A DNA stretch of 64,000 nt, taken from the NCBI GenBank assembly GCA_016218965.1, contig JACRCP010000399.1, forward strand, positions 4,710 to 68,709. Reading direction: 5' to 3'. Below the pieces are notes generated by a model. It searched no databases, was not told where the DNA came from, and was given only the letters and a program-made list of their open reading frames with translations. This DNA is from Deltaproteobacteria bacterium. Its GTDB lineage: Bacteria > Myxococcota > SpSt-1050 > JACRCP01. The translations under genes were made by a program, and so were the position numbers. Shown here piece by piece: positions 25,981-35,751 of this stretch (position 1 is its first letter; each line of letters opens with the position of its first letter).

Positions 25981-27057
25981 ATGACTGTCGTCCTGGTCGT
26001 CTGCGCGGTCCTTTTTCTGCTCATCGCGCACAACTTCATTGTCGCCCGGCTCTTTCACGTGGAGCTTGAGCCCGACGAGGTCCACTACGTGTTGACCGAG
26101 GACCGCTGGCGGCTGGCCATTTCGCGTTACCGCGGTGCGCCGGGCGGCCGTGCGGAGCCGGTCATCCTGTGCCACGGCCTTGGCGCCAACCGGTACAACA
26201 TGGACTTCGGCGGCGAGTACTCGCTTGCAAAATACCTGCACGGGCGCGGGTTCGACGTGTGGGTCGCCGAGCTCAGGGGCACGGGGCTGTCGAGTCACCC
26301 CAGGCTCTTCTCGCGCCAACAGTACGGCTTCAACTTTGACGACCTCGCCTGGCGCGACGCCCCCGCCATCGTGGCCGCGGTCAGGGAAAAGACCGGCGCA
26401 GCGCGCGTCTTCTGGGTCGGTCACAGCATGGGCGGCATCCTCGCGTACGTGTTCCTGCAGGGACCGCTTGCGGACTCGGTCAAGGGCGTCGTGGCCATCT
26501 CGAGCCCGGGCCGGTTCGTGAGGACCACGGTGTACGCGCTGTTCCGCCAATGGGTGCGCATCGCGTCGCTCTGGACCGCCATACACCTCGAGGCGATCGG
26601 CCGGTTCGCGGCGCCCTACATCACCTTCCTTCCCGAGTTCGTCCTTCGGACTTCCATCAACGTCTCGAACATGGAGCCGGCCGTCGTCCGCCGGGCCTGC
26701 GCCAACCTGGCGGCCAACATCTCGCGCGGCGTGTTCTTGCAGTTTTCCGACTGGATGGAGCGCGGGGACATCTTTGACCAGTCCCTCAGGCGCAACTACA
26801 CCGAGGGGTTGAGGGGCGTAAAGACGCCGATGTACCTCTTGGCGGGTGGCGGGGACGCGCTGGTGCCCCCGGACAGCGTCGAACTGGTCTACAGACTGCT
26901 CCCCGAAGGCGACAAGACCTTCAGGCGCTTCTCGGTTGCCGACGGCGCCCGCGTGGACTACGGCCACGGCGACATTATCCTGGGCGTCACCGCGCGCGAG
27001 GAGGTCTGGCCCACAATCGCGGAGTGGCTGGAGGAACGCTCAGACCAGCGGTCGTAG
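25981..27057 (+). CDS. alpha/beta-fold hydrolase (lipase/esterase-like) with N-terminal TM helix
   Basis: Nucleophile elbow GHSMGG. HGLGAN oxyanion region. Length 358 aa. Confidence 0.8.
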   Translation: MTVVLVVCAVLFLLIAHNFIVARLFHVELEPDEVHYVLTEDRWRLAISRYRGAPGGRAEPVILCHGLGANRYNMDFGGEYSLAKYLHGRGFDVWVAELRGTGLSSHPRLFSRQQYGFNFDDLAWRDAPAIVAAVREKTGAARVFWVGHSMGGILAYVFLQGPLADSVKGVVAISSPGRFVRTTVYALFRQWVRIASLWTAIHLEAIGRFAAPYITFLPEFVLRTSINVSNMEPAVVRRACANLAANISRGVFLQFSDWMERGDIFDQSLRRNYTEGLRGVKTPMYLLAGGGDALVPPDSVELVYRLLPEGDKTFRRFSVADGARVDYGHGDIILGVTAREEVWPTIAEWLEERSDQRS

Positions 27058-27891
27058 CGCCTTTTTGCCGTCGGCGCGGGTTTCGATCTCGACGAGCTTC
27101 TGGTCTATTGCCATGTCAAGAAGGCGTTCGCGCTCGAGCGGCTCGCGGGGGAGCGCCGAGGATTTCCAGCGCGAAATGAAGTACGAGACGCCGAGGTAGC
27201 CGCCCTGCTGGTCGAAGTGGTCGTGCGCGCGCCGGATCTCGTCGACCATACCGGAGAGCGCCACGCGCGTGTCGGCCGGGCCCGGCGCCGCTTCGTTTCC
27301 CGGCTCGCGGTCCTCCTCTTCCCCGGCCGGCCCGGCGTCGGGCAGGCGGTCGGGGCGGTTCGTCTGAAACACCTCCAGTCCCTCGAGAAGGTCAATCCGC
27401 CCGAAGCAACGCGAGACAATCCGGCTGGACGCGCCGTAGGACCCCCACAGGCCCACCCACGCGCGTTTCCCGAGCTGCATCACGGCCTCGAGACCCGGCG
27501 AGTGGTCGGCGTCGCCCGACATAAGCGCCATCTCGTCAAATGCGCCGACCGCGGCGAGCCTGATCATGTCGGCGACCATCTGCGTGTCGACCTCCTTTTC
27601 GGTCGTGTACTCGATGCGCGCCGCGCACTGGTGGCAGGTCGAGAATTGGGTCTTGCGGGGTTTCCTGTGGACGAAGTAGCCGGTCGTCGTCTCGAGCGCG
27701 TCGAGAAATCCCATGATTGCCGACGCGTCGCCTGTGTAGTAGTGCGCCCCCCAGAGCACACCGTCGGAAGCCACGCGCCCGACCAGCCACTGGGCGAACC
27801 TGGCCATGTCTATCGAACGCCCGACGATCCCCGCCGATTTCATGCCTGCGTGAAAATTGCGGCCGTCGAAAAAGAGACAAACCTTGGTCAT
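27040..27891 (-). CDS. NYN domain (LabA-like) protein with C-terminal OST-HTH/LOTUS domain
   Basis: MTKVCLFFDGRNF start with an AGGAGG RBS. Conserved acidic residues of the NYN fold. The ORF-track extension to 28092 is Arg-rich junk. Confidence 0.75.
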   Translation of the reverse strand: MTKVCLFFDGRNFHAGMKSAGIVGRSIDMARFAQWLVGRVASDGVLWGAHYYTGDASAIMGFLDALETTTGYFVHRKPRKTQFSTCHQCAARIEYTTEKEVDTQMVADMIRLAAVGAFDEMALMSGDADHSPGLEAVMQLGKRAWVGLWGSYGASSRIVSRCFGRIDLLEGLEVFQTNRPDRLPDAGPAGEEEDREPGNEAAPGPADTRVALSGMVDEIRRAHDHFDQQGGYLGVSYFISRWKSSALPREPLERERLLDMAIDQKLVEIETRADGKKALRPLV

Positions 27892-27910
27892 GTGGGACCT
27901 CCTGCAATAA

Positions 27911-30526
27911 TCATTGTTTTGTATCGGGCGCGGGGGGAACCGCGTCCCAGAAATCCTCGGCGGGCCGAAGAGGCGCCGATTCGGTCGGCTCGGTCCCCGG
28001 GACGAACGGCTGGAAAACCGCCTTCTCGGCCGCCTCGCTGCCCGGTACCGCGAGCGCCCCGGTGGCCGGATCGACCAGCGCATAGACCACACCCGGCGGC
28101 GCGGTGAACTGCTCGACGGGTTTCCCCTTCTGGGCCTTCTGCATGAACGAAAGCCAGATCGGGACCGCCGTCCGCCCGCCCTGCTCGCGCCAGCCCATGG
28201 GTGCGTGGTCGTCGAAGCCGATATAGACCAGAGCCAGCATGTCGGGCGTGAACCCGCCGAACCATGTGTCGCGCCCTTCGTTGGTCGTCCCGGTCTTCCC
28301 CGCGGCCGGACGGCCGAGGGCCTTCGCGCGGACCGCCGTCCCGCGCTCGACCACCCCGCGCATCATGTCGATCGTCACGAACGCCGCGGCGGGATCGAGC
28401 ACCTGCTCCTTTGCCGACTCGAACTGCCACAGGACCCTCCCCGAAAACTCCCGGACCGTTTTCACGAACACCGGCTCGGCGCGTTTTCCCCCGTCGGCTA
28501 TCGTCGCGTATGCGCCGGCCAGCTCAAGCGGCGTCACCTCGCCGGCGCCGAGCGAGAGCGACAGGTACTTCGGAAGTTCCGAGGCGATCCCGAGCTTTCG
28601 GGCATGCGCGGCGACCGCCTCCACGCCCAGATCCTGGACCATGCGCGCCGAGACCACGTTTTTGGATTTCGCGAGCGCGTCCCGAAGCGGGATCAGACCC
28701 TCGTACTCGTTCTTCTCCGAATCGAAGTTCTCGGGCTTCCACTCGACCGCCGTCTGGGGATCGCGATAGACAAACGGGGAGTCGCTGACGAGCGTCAAAG
28801 GGGTGTACTTTTTCGAGGCGATCGCGAGCGAGTAGATCACCGGCTTGAACGCACTCCCCGGCTGGCGCTTCGCCTGCGTGACGCGGTTGAACGGGCTCTT
28901 GGCGAATTCGTCCCCCCCGACCATGGCGACGACGTCCCTGGTCGCCGGGTCGATGGCGACCAGCGCGCCCTGGACGAGCGGCTCCTGGTCGAGCTCGAAT
29001 TCCTGCGTCCCCGCCGAGAGCACGGGCGTTTCCTTCTCTTTCTTCTCCTTCTTCCCTTTCTTTCGCGGCGGATCCTTCAAGACCTTGGGTTCGACAGGCC
29101 GAAGGAGGACCACGTCGCCGGATTTGAATATCTCGCCCGCCGACTTGGGCCCTGGGGTCCATTTGGCGGGCGAGAACTTCCGCGCCCACGCAAACGTTTC
29201 GAACGGGATCACCGAATCCCCAAGCCCCGTGAACACCCGCACGCCTTCGGCGTCGACTTTCGAGACGATCCCCAGAAACGACTCGGTCTTTCTTATTGGG
29301 GCCGCCTCGATCGCGTCCTTGAAGGCCGCGGGGTCCTTGGGGATCTCGGCGCGCTCCTTGAGGCGGAACCCCATCCTTGCGCTCGAGAGCGGGTCGGCGC
29401 AACCAAGCACGGTCGCCCGGCGGGCCGAGTTCCCCTTGGCCGTCCACACCTTTTCGCGCGCGGCCTTCGCCAGGGTCTCGGCGGAGGCCGGTTCGAGGTG
29501 CGCAACGGGACCGCGGTAGCCCTGCCGCCTGTCGACCTCGCGGAGCCCGGCGTCAAGCGCCTCGACGGCAGCGTCCTGCGCCGCCGAGTCAACCGACGTC
29601 TCGACCCGCAGGCCCTGCTGCATGACCGCCTCCTGGCCGAACCTTGAAACGAGCAGGAGCCGCACGTGCTCGGCGTAGTAGTCGCGGGACGTCTCGGCCC
29701 TGCGCGGCCCGGCCGCGGGGTCTTCGCCGCGGTGGAAGACGATTTTTAGCGGCGCCTTTCGGGCGGCCTCGTGCTGTTCTTTCGTCAGGAACCCGTTCTT
29801 GTGCATCTCGCCCAGTACATAGAGCTGTCTGGTCTTGAGCCGCTCGAAGTGCCGGTACGGCGACAACAACTCGGGCCCCTGCGGGAGCGCGGCGATCATC
29901 GCGCACTCTTCGACGTTGAGCTTCGCAAGGTCCTTCCCGAAGAAAAACCGTGCGGCCTCGGCCACGCCGTAGTTTCCGTGCCCGAAATAGATCTGGTTGA
30001 GATACAGCGAGAGGATCTCGTCCTTGGTGAAGTTCTTCTCGAGCCGCCAGGCGAGCAGCATGGCCTTGAGCCGGCGCGTCACGGTGCGCTCGGGGCTCAA
30101 AAGGAACGTCTTCACGGTCTGCTCGGTTATGGTGCTCGCACCCTGCCTCACCTTTCCGGACGCGATATTGCGCCAGGCCGCGCGCACGAGCCCCAGCCAG
30201 TCTGTCCCCTTGTGCTTGTAGAAATCGGCGTCCTCGGCGGCGATGATGGCTTTCAAGAGCATCGGCGGCATCTCGGAAAGGGGTTTGGGCGTGCGACGCT
30301 CTTCGAAAAACCTGGCGAATATCCTGCCGTGGCGGTCGTGGACCTCGGTGACGGCCTTTGGCCGGTAGTCCCGGATGGAGCTCAACGGCGGGAGGTCCTT
30401 TGAGAACCAGAAAAACGCCCCCGCCGCGGCGTTGGCCGCAAGGAGTCCCATCGCGCCGAAGATGAAGGCGGTCCATTTCAGCACGGCCACGATCCTGCTC
30501 TTTCTTCGGCGGGGTTTCCTCGACAT
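27911..30526 (-). CDS. class A penicillin-binding protein (PBP1A family transglycosylase/transpeptidase)
   Basis: N-terminal TM helix. GT51 motifs EDADFYKHKG, GASTITQQ-like (GASTITEQ), RKxxE. Transpeptidase motifs SAFK ... KTGT. Length 871 aa. Confidence 0.9.
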   Translation of the reverse strand: MSRKPRRRKSRIVAVLKWTAFIFGAMGLLAANAAAGAFFWFSKDLPPLSSIRDYRPKAVTEVHDRHGRIFARFFEERRTPKPLSEMPPMLLKAIIAAEDADFYKHKGTDWLGLVRAAWRNIASGKVRQGASTITEQTVKTFLLSPERTVTRRLKAMLLAWRLEKNFTKDEILSLYLNQIYFGHGNYGVAEAARFFFGKDLAKLNVEECAMIAALPQGPELLSPYRHFERLKTRQLYVLGEMHKNGFLTKEQHEAARKAPLKIVFHRGEDPAAGPRRAETSRDYYAEHVRLLLVSRFGQEAVMQQGLRVETSVDSAAQDAAVEALDAGLREVDRRQGYRGPVAHLEPASAETLAKAAREKVWTAKGNSARRATVLGCADPLSSARMGFRLKERAEIPKDPAAFKDAIEAAPIRKTESFLGIVSKVDAEGVRVFTGLGDSVIPFETFAWARKFSPAKWTPGPKSAGEIFKSGDVVLLRPVEPKVLKDPPRKKGKKEKKEKETPVLSAGTQEFELDQEPLVQGALVAIDPATRDVVAMVGGDEFAKSPFNRVTQAKRQPGSAFKPVIYSLAIASKKYTPLTLVSDSPFVYRDPQTAVEWKPENFDSEKNEYEGLIPLRDALAKSKNVVSARMVQDLGVEAVAAHARKLGIASELPKYLSLSLGAGEVTPLELAGAYATIADGGKRAEPVFVKTVREFSGRVLWQFESAKEQVLDPAAAFVTIDMMRGVVERGTAVRAKALGRPAAGKTGTTNEGRDTWFGGFTPDMLALVYIGFDDHAPMGWREQGGRTAVPIWLSFMQKAQKGKPVEQFTAPPGVVYALVDPATGALAVPGSEAAEKAVFQPFVPGTEPTESAPLRPAEDFWDAVPPAPDTKQ

Positions 30527-30724
30527 TCCAGACGAATCACGCCCAAAGAGTTGATATCCGGCACAAGTGTTTATGGCCGCCCAGACGACGCGGCAAGTCT
30601 ACCCCCGCAGGGGGGAAAAGACAAATCCGTCGCCGCCTGCGGCTGCCGACCGGCGCGGCTGGGTCCCTGTTGCTTGCGGAGCCGCGGGCGGGTAAGATTG
30701 GGGCGTACGATCGGTCAGGGGAAC

Positions 30725-32275
30725 ATGAGGGTCAGCCGATTCATCCCGGGCGGGCTTCTTGCCGTGACAGTCGCGGCGGGCGGGTGTGCGTTTTCGCCCG
30801 ACGTCTCGGGGAGCCTTCTGGACTGCTCGGAGAAACCCTGCCCCGAGGGGTGGGTCTGTCCGGAGTCCGGCGAGAAGGTCTGCGTGCAGGTTGAGGTCCG
30901 ATCGGACGGCGGCGGGTTCTCAGATCGGCCCGATCTGTCCGATCGGACCGATCCTGACGCCGCCGCCCCGGGTGACGGCGGCGCAAAACCCGACACCGGC
31001 CCCAAAAACTGCACGGACGACTGCCCGGGCCTCGGGATCACCGAATGTACGGGCGAGAAGTCGTACCACCTTTGCGGCGAGTTCGACGGCGACGGCTGCC
31101 TCGAGTGGGGCGAGACGGTGCAGTGCCCGTCGGGCTGCTTGGGCGGGGTGTGTTCGGGATGCACCGTCGAGTGCACCGGGCGCGAGTGCGGCGACGACGG
31201 CTGCGGCGGTTCCTGCGGGACGTGCCGGAGCACGCCGCCGCCCGAGTGCGCCGACTCCCGCACGCTCAGGACCTGGAACCCCGACGGCACCTGCGGCAAC
31301 GGTGCGTGCAGCTACTCGTACACCGACAAGGAGTGCTACTTCGGCTGTGCAAACGGGAAGTGCGGCGACTGCACGCCCTCGTGCGCCGGAAAGGAGTGCG
31401 GCGACAACGGGTGCGGCGAGTCGTGCGGCGAGTGCGTGTCGCCCCCGGCCAACGCCTGCGCCGGGTCCACCCTGCGCGAGTACGACCGCACCGGCGCCTG
31501 CGGGAGCGGAGGGAAATGCTCGTACGCCTACACCGATCGCGCGTGTCCCAACGGGTGCGCAAACGCCCAGTGCATCAACTGTACCCCGAGCTGCAACGGC
31601 AAGGACTGCGGCCCCGACGGGTGCGGCGGCGACTGCGGGTCCTGCGGAGCGCACGAGTCGTGCATCAACGGCTCGTGCACGTGTTTTTCGGGCTACGGCG
31701 ACTGCAACGGCGGTTCCGACGGCTGCGAGACCGACCTCCGATCGGACGACTTCCACTGCGGGGGCTGCGGGGCGGGCTGCAACGACCACGCCTACTGCGG
31801 CGGGAGCGAGTGCCACTGCGAGCCGGACTGGGGGGAATGCAACGGGACGTTCTCGGACGGCTGCGAACGCCAGGTCGGCAACTATTCCAACAACTGCGCA
31901 AGTGCGGAGGACCCCGGGAGCGTCTGCGGCGACGACGGGTCGGACCGGGCGGGACCGGTTTCGGGGTTCGAATCCAAGTGGTTCAAGGTGCGCGTCAGGG
32001 AGTGCAGCAACTGGGACAGCAACCTCTCGGTCTACGCGACCCTCCAGTCGCCCCCGGGGGCCGACTACGACCTGTACCTCTACCGTCTATGCGGCGGCCA
32101 GCCCAAGGCGAGCTCGACGCTCGGGCCGGGCGCGACCGACAGCGCGCACGAGTACCAGAGCGACGACTGGGGAAACGACGACGACTTCGACCTGTATGTC
32201 GAGGTCCGCTTCAAACCCGGCAGCGGCTCCGATTTGTGCGGCTCGTGGACGCTCAACGTGTACGGGAACAAGTAG
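30725..32275 (+). CDS. Cys-rich repeat lipoprotein (myxo-type CxxxC repeats) with C-terminal PPC-like beta-sandwich domain
   Basis: Lipoprotein signal LLAVTVAAGGC|A. Repeats of type CGxCTPSCxGKxCGxDGCGGSCGxC. C-terminal region FESKWFKVRV...YDLYLYRL. Confidence 0.65.
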   Translation: MRVSRFIPGGLLAVTVAAGGCAFSPDVSGSLLDCSEKPCPEGWVCPESGEKVCVQVEVRSDGGGFSDRPDLSDRTDPDAAAPGDGGAKPDTGPKNCTDDCPGLGITECTGEKSYHLCGEFDGDGCLEWGETVQCPSGCLGGVCSGCTVECTGRECGDDGCGGSCGTCRSTPPPECADSRTLRTWNPDGTCGNGACSYSYTDKECYFGCANGKCGDCTPSCAGKECGDNGCGESCGECVSPPANACAGSTLREYDRTGACGSGGKCSYAYTDRACPNGCANAQCINCTPSCNGKDCGPDGCGGDCGSCGAHESCINGSCTCFSGYGDCNGGSDGCETDLRSDDFHCGGCGAGCNDHAYCGGSECHCEPDWGECNGTFSDGCERQVGNYSNNCASAEDPGSVCGDDGSDRAGPVSGFESKWFKVRVRECSNWDSNLSVYATLQSPPGADYDLYLYRLCGGQPKASSTLGPGATDSAHEYQSDDWGNDDDFDLYVEVRFKPGSGSDLCGSWTLNVYGNK

Positions 32276-32327
32276 TTGGTCTTCCCCACCATGGTCTTTT
32301 CAGCCGACTTCAACCCGGCCTTCCGGC

Positions 32328-33086
32328 TCAGATGAAACGGCCGGCGGGCAGCACCGAACGGAAGGGTTCCAGGTAGCGGGTTTCCACGGGGCGGCGGCTG
32401 ATGTGCATCCCGGCGAGTTCGCGCCCGAGTTGGTGGTCGCCGAAGCGAAGCTCGGCGGTGGGTTTCATCCGGCGCAGCGAAACGCCGAGCTGCACGGAAA
32501 TGGGGGTCAGCATGAGCTTGCCGTCCTTGATGCTGAATGTGCTGTGCACGCGGGTCTCGTCGAACTCCTTCCGGGTGTGATCCAGGGCAAGCTCCACGAC
32601 GGTCTTTCCGCCCTCGGCGAGTGTGCACTGCGTGCGGCCGCCCTTCTCCTCGAAGCCGATCTCGGCCACGAACTTGGGATAGCCCCAAAGCTCCCGTCCG
32701 GCGTCGCGGGCGATCCGTGTGGTCACCGGCAGGTGCCAGACGTAGACCCCGGAGTGTCCCAGGTACTTCTCCAGGAGCGGTGCCGCCCACGGCAGGTTCC
32801 ACCAGGCGTCGTACAGGCAGGGAAAGCTCAGCGAGACCTCGTTGTAGAGGCCGATGGAGGTCGCGCGGTACTCGAAGCAGTTGACCGCCAGCAACGATTT
32901 CCCTCCCGTCAGCCTGAAGGGCGAGAGCCTTGTCGAAGGAAGCCTTCTTTGCACCTCCTCGGTCGGCAGGGCGAAGACCGCCTGCAGGCAGCGGCAATCG
33001 GTGTAGCGGATGGGCAGGGTCACCTCCCCCGCTGTCACCCGGTGATGGGTCTCCTGTAAATTGGTGAAGATGTCTTTCATGGTCAT
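32328..33086 (-). CDS. acetoacetate decarboxylase (ADC) family protein
   Basis: Length 252 aa with an ADC-family pattern. ATG at 33086 overlaps the stop of the upstream ACAD gene. Confidence 0.65.
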   Translation of the reverse strand: MTMKDIFTNLQETHHRVTAGEVTLPIRYTDCRCLQAVFALPTEEVQRRLPSTRLSPFRLTGGKSLLAVNCFEYRATSIGLYNEVSLSFPCLYDAWWNLPWAAPLLEKYLGHSGVYVWHLPVTTRIARDAGRELWGYPKFVAEIGFEEKGGRTQCTLAEGGKTVVELALDHTRKEFDETRVHSTFSIKDGKLMLTPISVQLGVSLRRMKPTAELRFGDHQLGRELAGMHISRRPVETRYLEPFRSVLPAGRFI

Positions 33087-34273
33087 CTCCCGGCGGCGAT
33101 CTCCTCGGTGATCGCGATGCGGTTGATCTCGTTGGTCCCTTCGTAGATCTGGGTCAGCCGCGCGTCCCGCAGGCACTTCTCAACCCAAAAGTCGCGCATG
33201 TAGCCGTAGCCTCCCAGTATCTGGATGGCCTCGTTTGCGACGAAGACCGCGGTGTCGCTGGCGAACACCTTGGCCATGGCGGCGGACTTCATCGGCGGGG
33301 GAAGGCTGGTGTCGGCCAGATGGCAGGCTCTACGCACCATCAGCCTGGCCGCCTCGACGCGGATGACCATCTCGGCGATCTTCTGGGACACGGCCTGGTG
33401 CTCGATGATGGGTCTGCCCGCTTGCCTGCGCTCCTTGGCGTAGGCGACGGCGAGATCGAGAGCGCGCTGGGCGATGCCGACGGCGATGGCCCCGACCGGG
33501 CCGCGGCTCGCCGCGAGGGTTGTGCGGTTGATGAACCAGCCCGTCTTCTCCTTGCCCACGCGATTTTTCTTGGGCACACGCATGTCCTCGAAGATGAGTT
33601 CCGCCGCCGGGCAGGCGCGCTGGCCCATCTTGTCCTCGACCCTTCCCACCGAAAAGCCTTTCATGTCCGGGGTGACCAGGAAGCAGGTCCAGGCTTTGAT
33701 GCCCTCAGCCCGGTCGACGGTGGCGAAGACGGTGATGTAGCTTGCGACTGATCCGTTGGAGATGAACACCTTGCGGCCGTTCAAGACGTATTCGTCTCCG
33801 TCGCGGATGGCAACCGTCGAGAGGGCGGCGTGCTTCGAACCCTGCTCGTCCTCGACGTCGGAGCCGGCACCGGGCTCGGTGATGGCAAAGGCGGCTAGCT
33901 TGGGCCGCTCGGCCTTCTCCGCGGCCACGATGTCGCGGTAGACCCGTTCTTTCAGCTCGTCGCTGCCGGCAATGAAGAGGGGAACGAGCCCCAGGCCGTG
34001 GGCGCCGAAGATGTTGGCCACGCCGGCGCACGCCCAGCACAGCTCCTCCATCACCAACCCAGAGGCGCGCACGGCCTGTCCAGAACCGCCGTACGCCTCG
34101 GGGATGGTCATGGAGAGCAACCCGACCTCGCCCCCCTTGCGCACCAGGTCCCAGGGAAAGCGGTCTTTCGGCGCGGCGTCGAGCTCGAGCGCACGCGGAT
34201 CGATCTCGTTTCTGGCGAAATCCCGGGCGAGTTTTTTGATAGCCTGCAATTCACCGGGAAGAGTCTCGTCCAT
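33083..34273 (-). CDS. acyl-CoA dehydrogenase family protein
   Basis: ACAD N-terminal, middle (AFAITEPGAGSD) and C-terminal (QILGGYGY, catalytic-base region YEGTNEI) motifs. Length 396 aa. Confidence 0.9.
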   Translation of the reverse strand: MDETLPGELQAIKKLARDFARNEIDPRALELDAAPKDRFPWDLVRKGGEVGLLSMTIPEAYGGSGQAVRASGLVMEELCWACAGVANIFGAHGLGLVPLFIAGSDELKERVYRDIVAAEKAERPKLAAFAITEPGAGSDVEDEQGSKHAALSTVAIRDGDEYVLNGRKVFISNGSVASYITVFATVDRAEGIKAWTCFLVTPDMKGFSVGRVEDKMGQRACPAAELIFEDMRVPKKNRVGKEKTGWFINRTTLAASRGPVGAIAVGIAQRALDLAVAYAKERRQAGRPIIEHQAVSQKIAEMVIRVEAARLMVRRACHLADTSLPPPMKSAAMAKVFASDTAVFVANEAIQILGGYGYMRDFWVEKCLRDARLTQIYEGTNEINRIAITEEIAAGR

Positions 34274-34276
34274 GGC

Positions 34277-35257
34277 TCACCTCTCCTTCTGCTTGAGCTT
34301 TGCCTTTTCGGCCCGTCGCCTCTTTTGCGCCTCGACGAAGCTCTGGAACGCCTCCTCGCTGTTGTACCGGTAAGTGAAGCTGACCTCGCGAATAAGTCTG
34401 GAATTGTCCATTGTACAGGAATAGCGCAGGTAGGGAATGATCCCGGGCGGGATCTCATTTCGATCGCCGAGCTTCCACATGAACCAAAGCGCGGTCCACA
34501 TGGCCACGCGGGGCAGATACCGGACCGAATATCCGATGCGCTCCGCCTGCTCGGGCACAGACAGCATCCCGCCCCCGGCAAGGTTGTAAGCCCCCGGACT
34601 CCCGCCGAACACGAGCTGCTCGACGGCCCGCGCAACGTCTTCCTCGTGGATGTACTGGAAGCGCGCATTCGACCCCCGGATGATGATGATCGGGTTCCAG
34701 CGCATCAGTCGGGACATGAAGTTCGACACGTTGGGCCCGAATATGATGCAGGGTCGGACGATCTTGAAGTCGACGTCCGGATGCTCCCGAACGTACTCAC
34801 GGACCATCCCCTCGACCTCGACCTTCTCCGTCGCGTACTGGTAGCCCGCGTTCGCCCGCAGCGGCATGTCCTCGCGCAGAAACTCCGGGTTGTCCGGGTG
34901 GGCGCCGTATGCCGTCGCCGAGCTCGCGACAAGCAACGACTTCACCCTGGCCCGATCGCAAGCCCGAAGGAAGGCCCTGGTCCCCCCGATGTTGATCTCT
35001 CTCATGCGCCGCGAGTCGCGCATGGGGTTTACGACGAACGCGAGATGCACCGCCCGCTCCACCTTCTCGCGGACAAAGATCTCGTCGAGACCGCCCCTGG
35101 AGATGTCATGCTCGACGAAACGAAGCTTGGAGCCGGACTCCAAAGGTGCGCTCACGTCCAGCCCGATGATCTTTTCCACCTCGGCCCGTGCATCCAACAG
35201 TTTCAATAGCGAGCGGCCCAGGTAACCCGACGATCCGGTGACAGCAACGCAGGTCAT
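34277..35257 (-). CDS. NAD-dependent epimerase/dehydratase family protein (extended SDR)
   Basis: VTGSSGYLG Rossmann motif. YxxxK-type catalytic region. Length 326 aa. GGAGGA RBS. Confidence 0.85.
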   Translation of the reverse strand: MTCVAVTGSSGYLGRSLLKLLDARAEVEKIIGLDVSAPLESGSKLRFVEHDISRGGLDEIFVREKVERAVHLAFVVNPMRDSRRMREINIGGTRAFLRACDRARVKSLLVASSATAYGAHPDNPEFLREDMPLRANAGYQYATEKVEVEGMVREYVREHPDVDFKIVRPCIIFGPNVSNFMSRLMRWNPIIIIRGSNARFQYIHEEDVARAVEQLVFGGSPGAYNLAGGGMLSVPEQAERIGYSVRYLPRVAMWTALWFMWKLGDRNEIPPGIIPYLRYSCTMDNSRLIREVSFTYRYNSEEAFQSFVEAQKRRRAEKAKLKQKER

Positions 35258-35282
35258 CCAATCCTCCGGTCAGCCAAGGCCG

Positions 35283-35310
35283 CCATTATAGTCGCAATCG
35301 CGGGAAGTTG
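35283..35310 (-). promoter_or_regulatory. sigma70-like promoter (TTCAAC-16-TATAAT) for epimerase/ACAD/ADC operon
   Basis: Read on the minus strand, ~18 nt upstream of the RBS/ATG at 35257. Confidence 0.4.
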
Positions 35311-35751
35311 AAGGCCGCTTTTAATTGCCGTCGCCTGGGACAACCGACCTGGCAGTCGCCGACAGCGGCGCGTCGTATCGAGCCGTCACCGACCGGAGAA
35401 GGCGAAAGGGCTCAGTCAAACGCAGCTGACCGTTCCCCGCTGCCGCCCAACGTCTTGCGTCTGCGTGTGTCGTCATTCCGCCTCCGAATCACAGTACGGT
35501 TCTGCAACTGCCGTATGTGTCATCAACTGACAGTGTCTGACCCCCAAGGCCCCCCTTGAGAATCCCTCCGCGCCGTGCTAGAGACCGCGCATGGGCCCCC
35601 GGAGGCGCGCCTTGCGGTAATCTGGTGCGTTGCGTGCAGCCGGGTTTCAGTCCGGAGTCCGGACTGTCTGTCGTTTCCACGGCTATCACCGCGACTTGTG
35701 CCCCCCGGACGGGTCGCCAATACTGGACCCGGAGAAACAACGCGGACACCC

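Noticed and set aside
27217-29647. 296-aa and 577-aa plus ORFs
   Set aside because: Antisense to the NYN gene and PBP1A.
31955-31975. GGTTCGAATCC tRNA T-arm-like motif
   Set aside because: Lies inside the Cys-rich lipoprotein CDS, where it encodes GFESKW. No acceptor/anticodon stem context, so not a tRNA.
30786-33059. 757-aa plus ORF
   Set aside because: Alternate frame across the Cys-rich lipoprotein and antisense to the ADC gene. Ala/Arg/Thr low complexity.
33998-35209. 403-aa plus ORF
   Set aside because: Antisense to the acyl-CoA dehydrogenase and epimerase genes.
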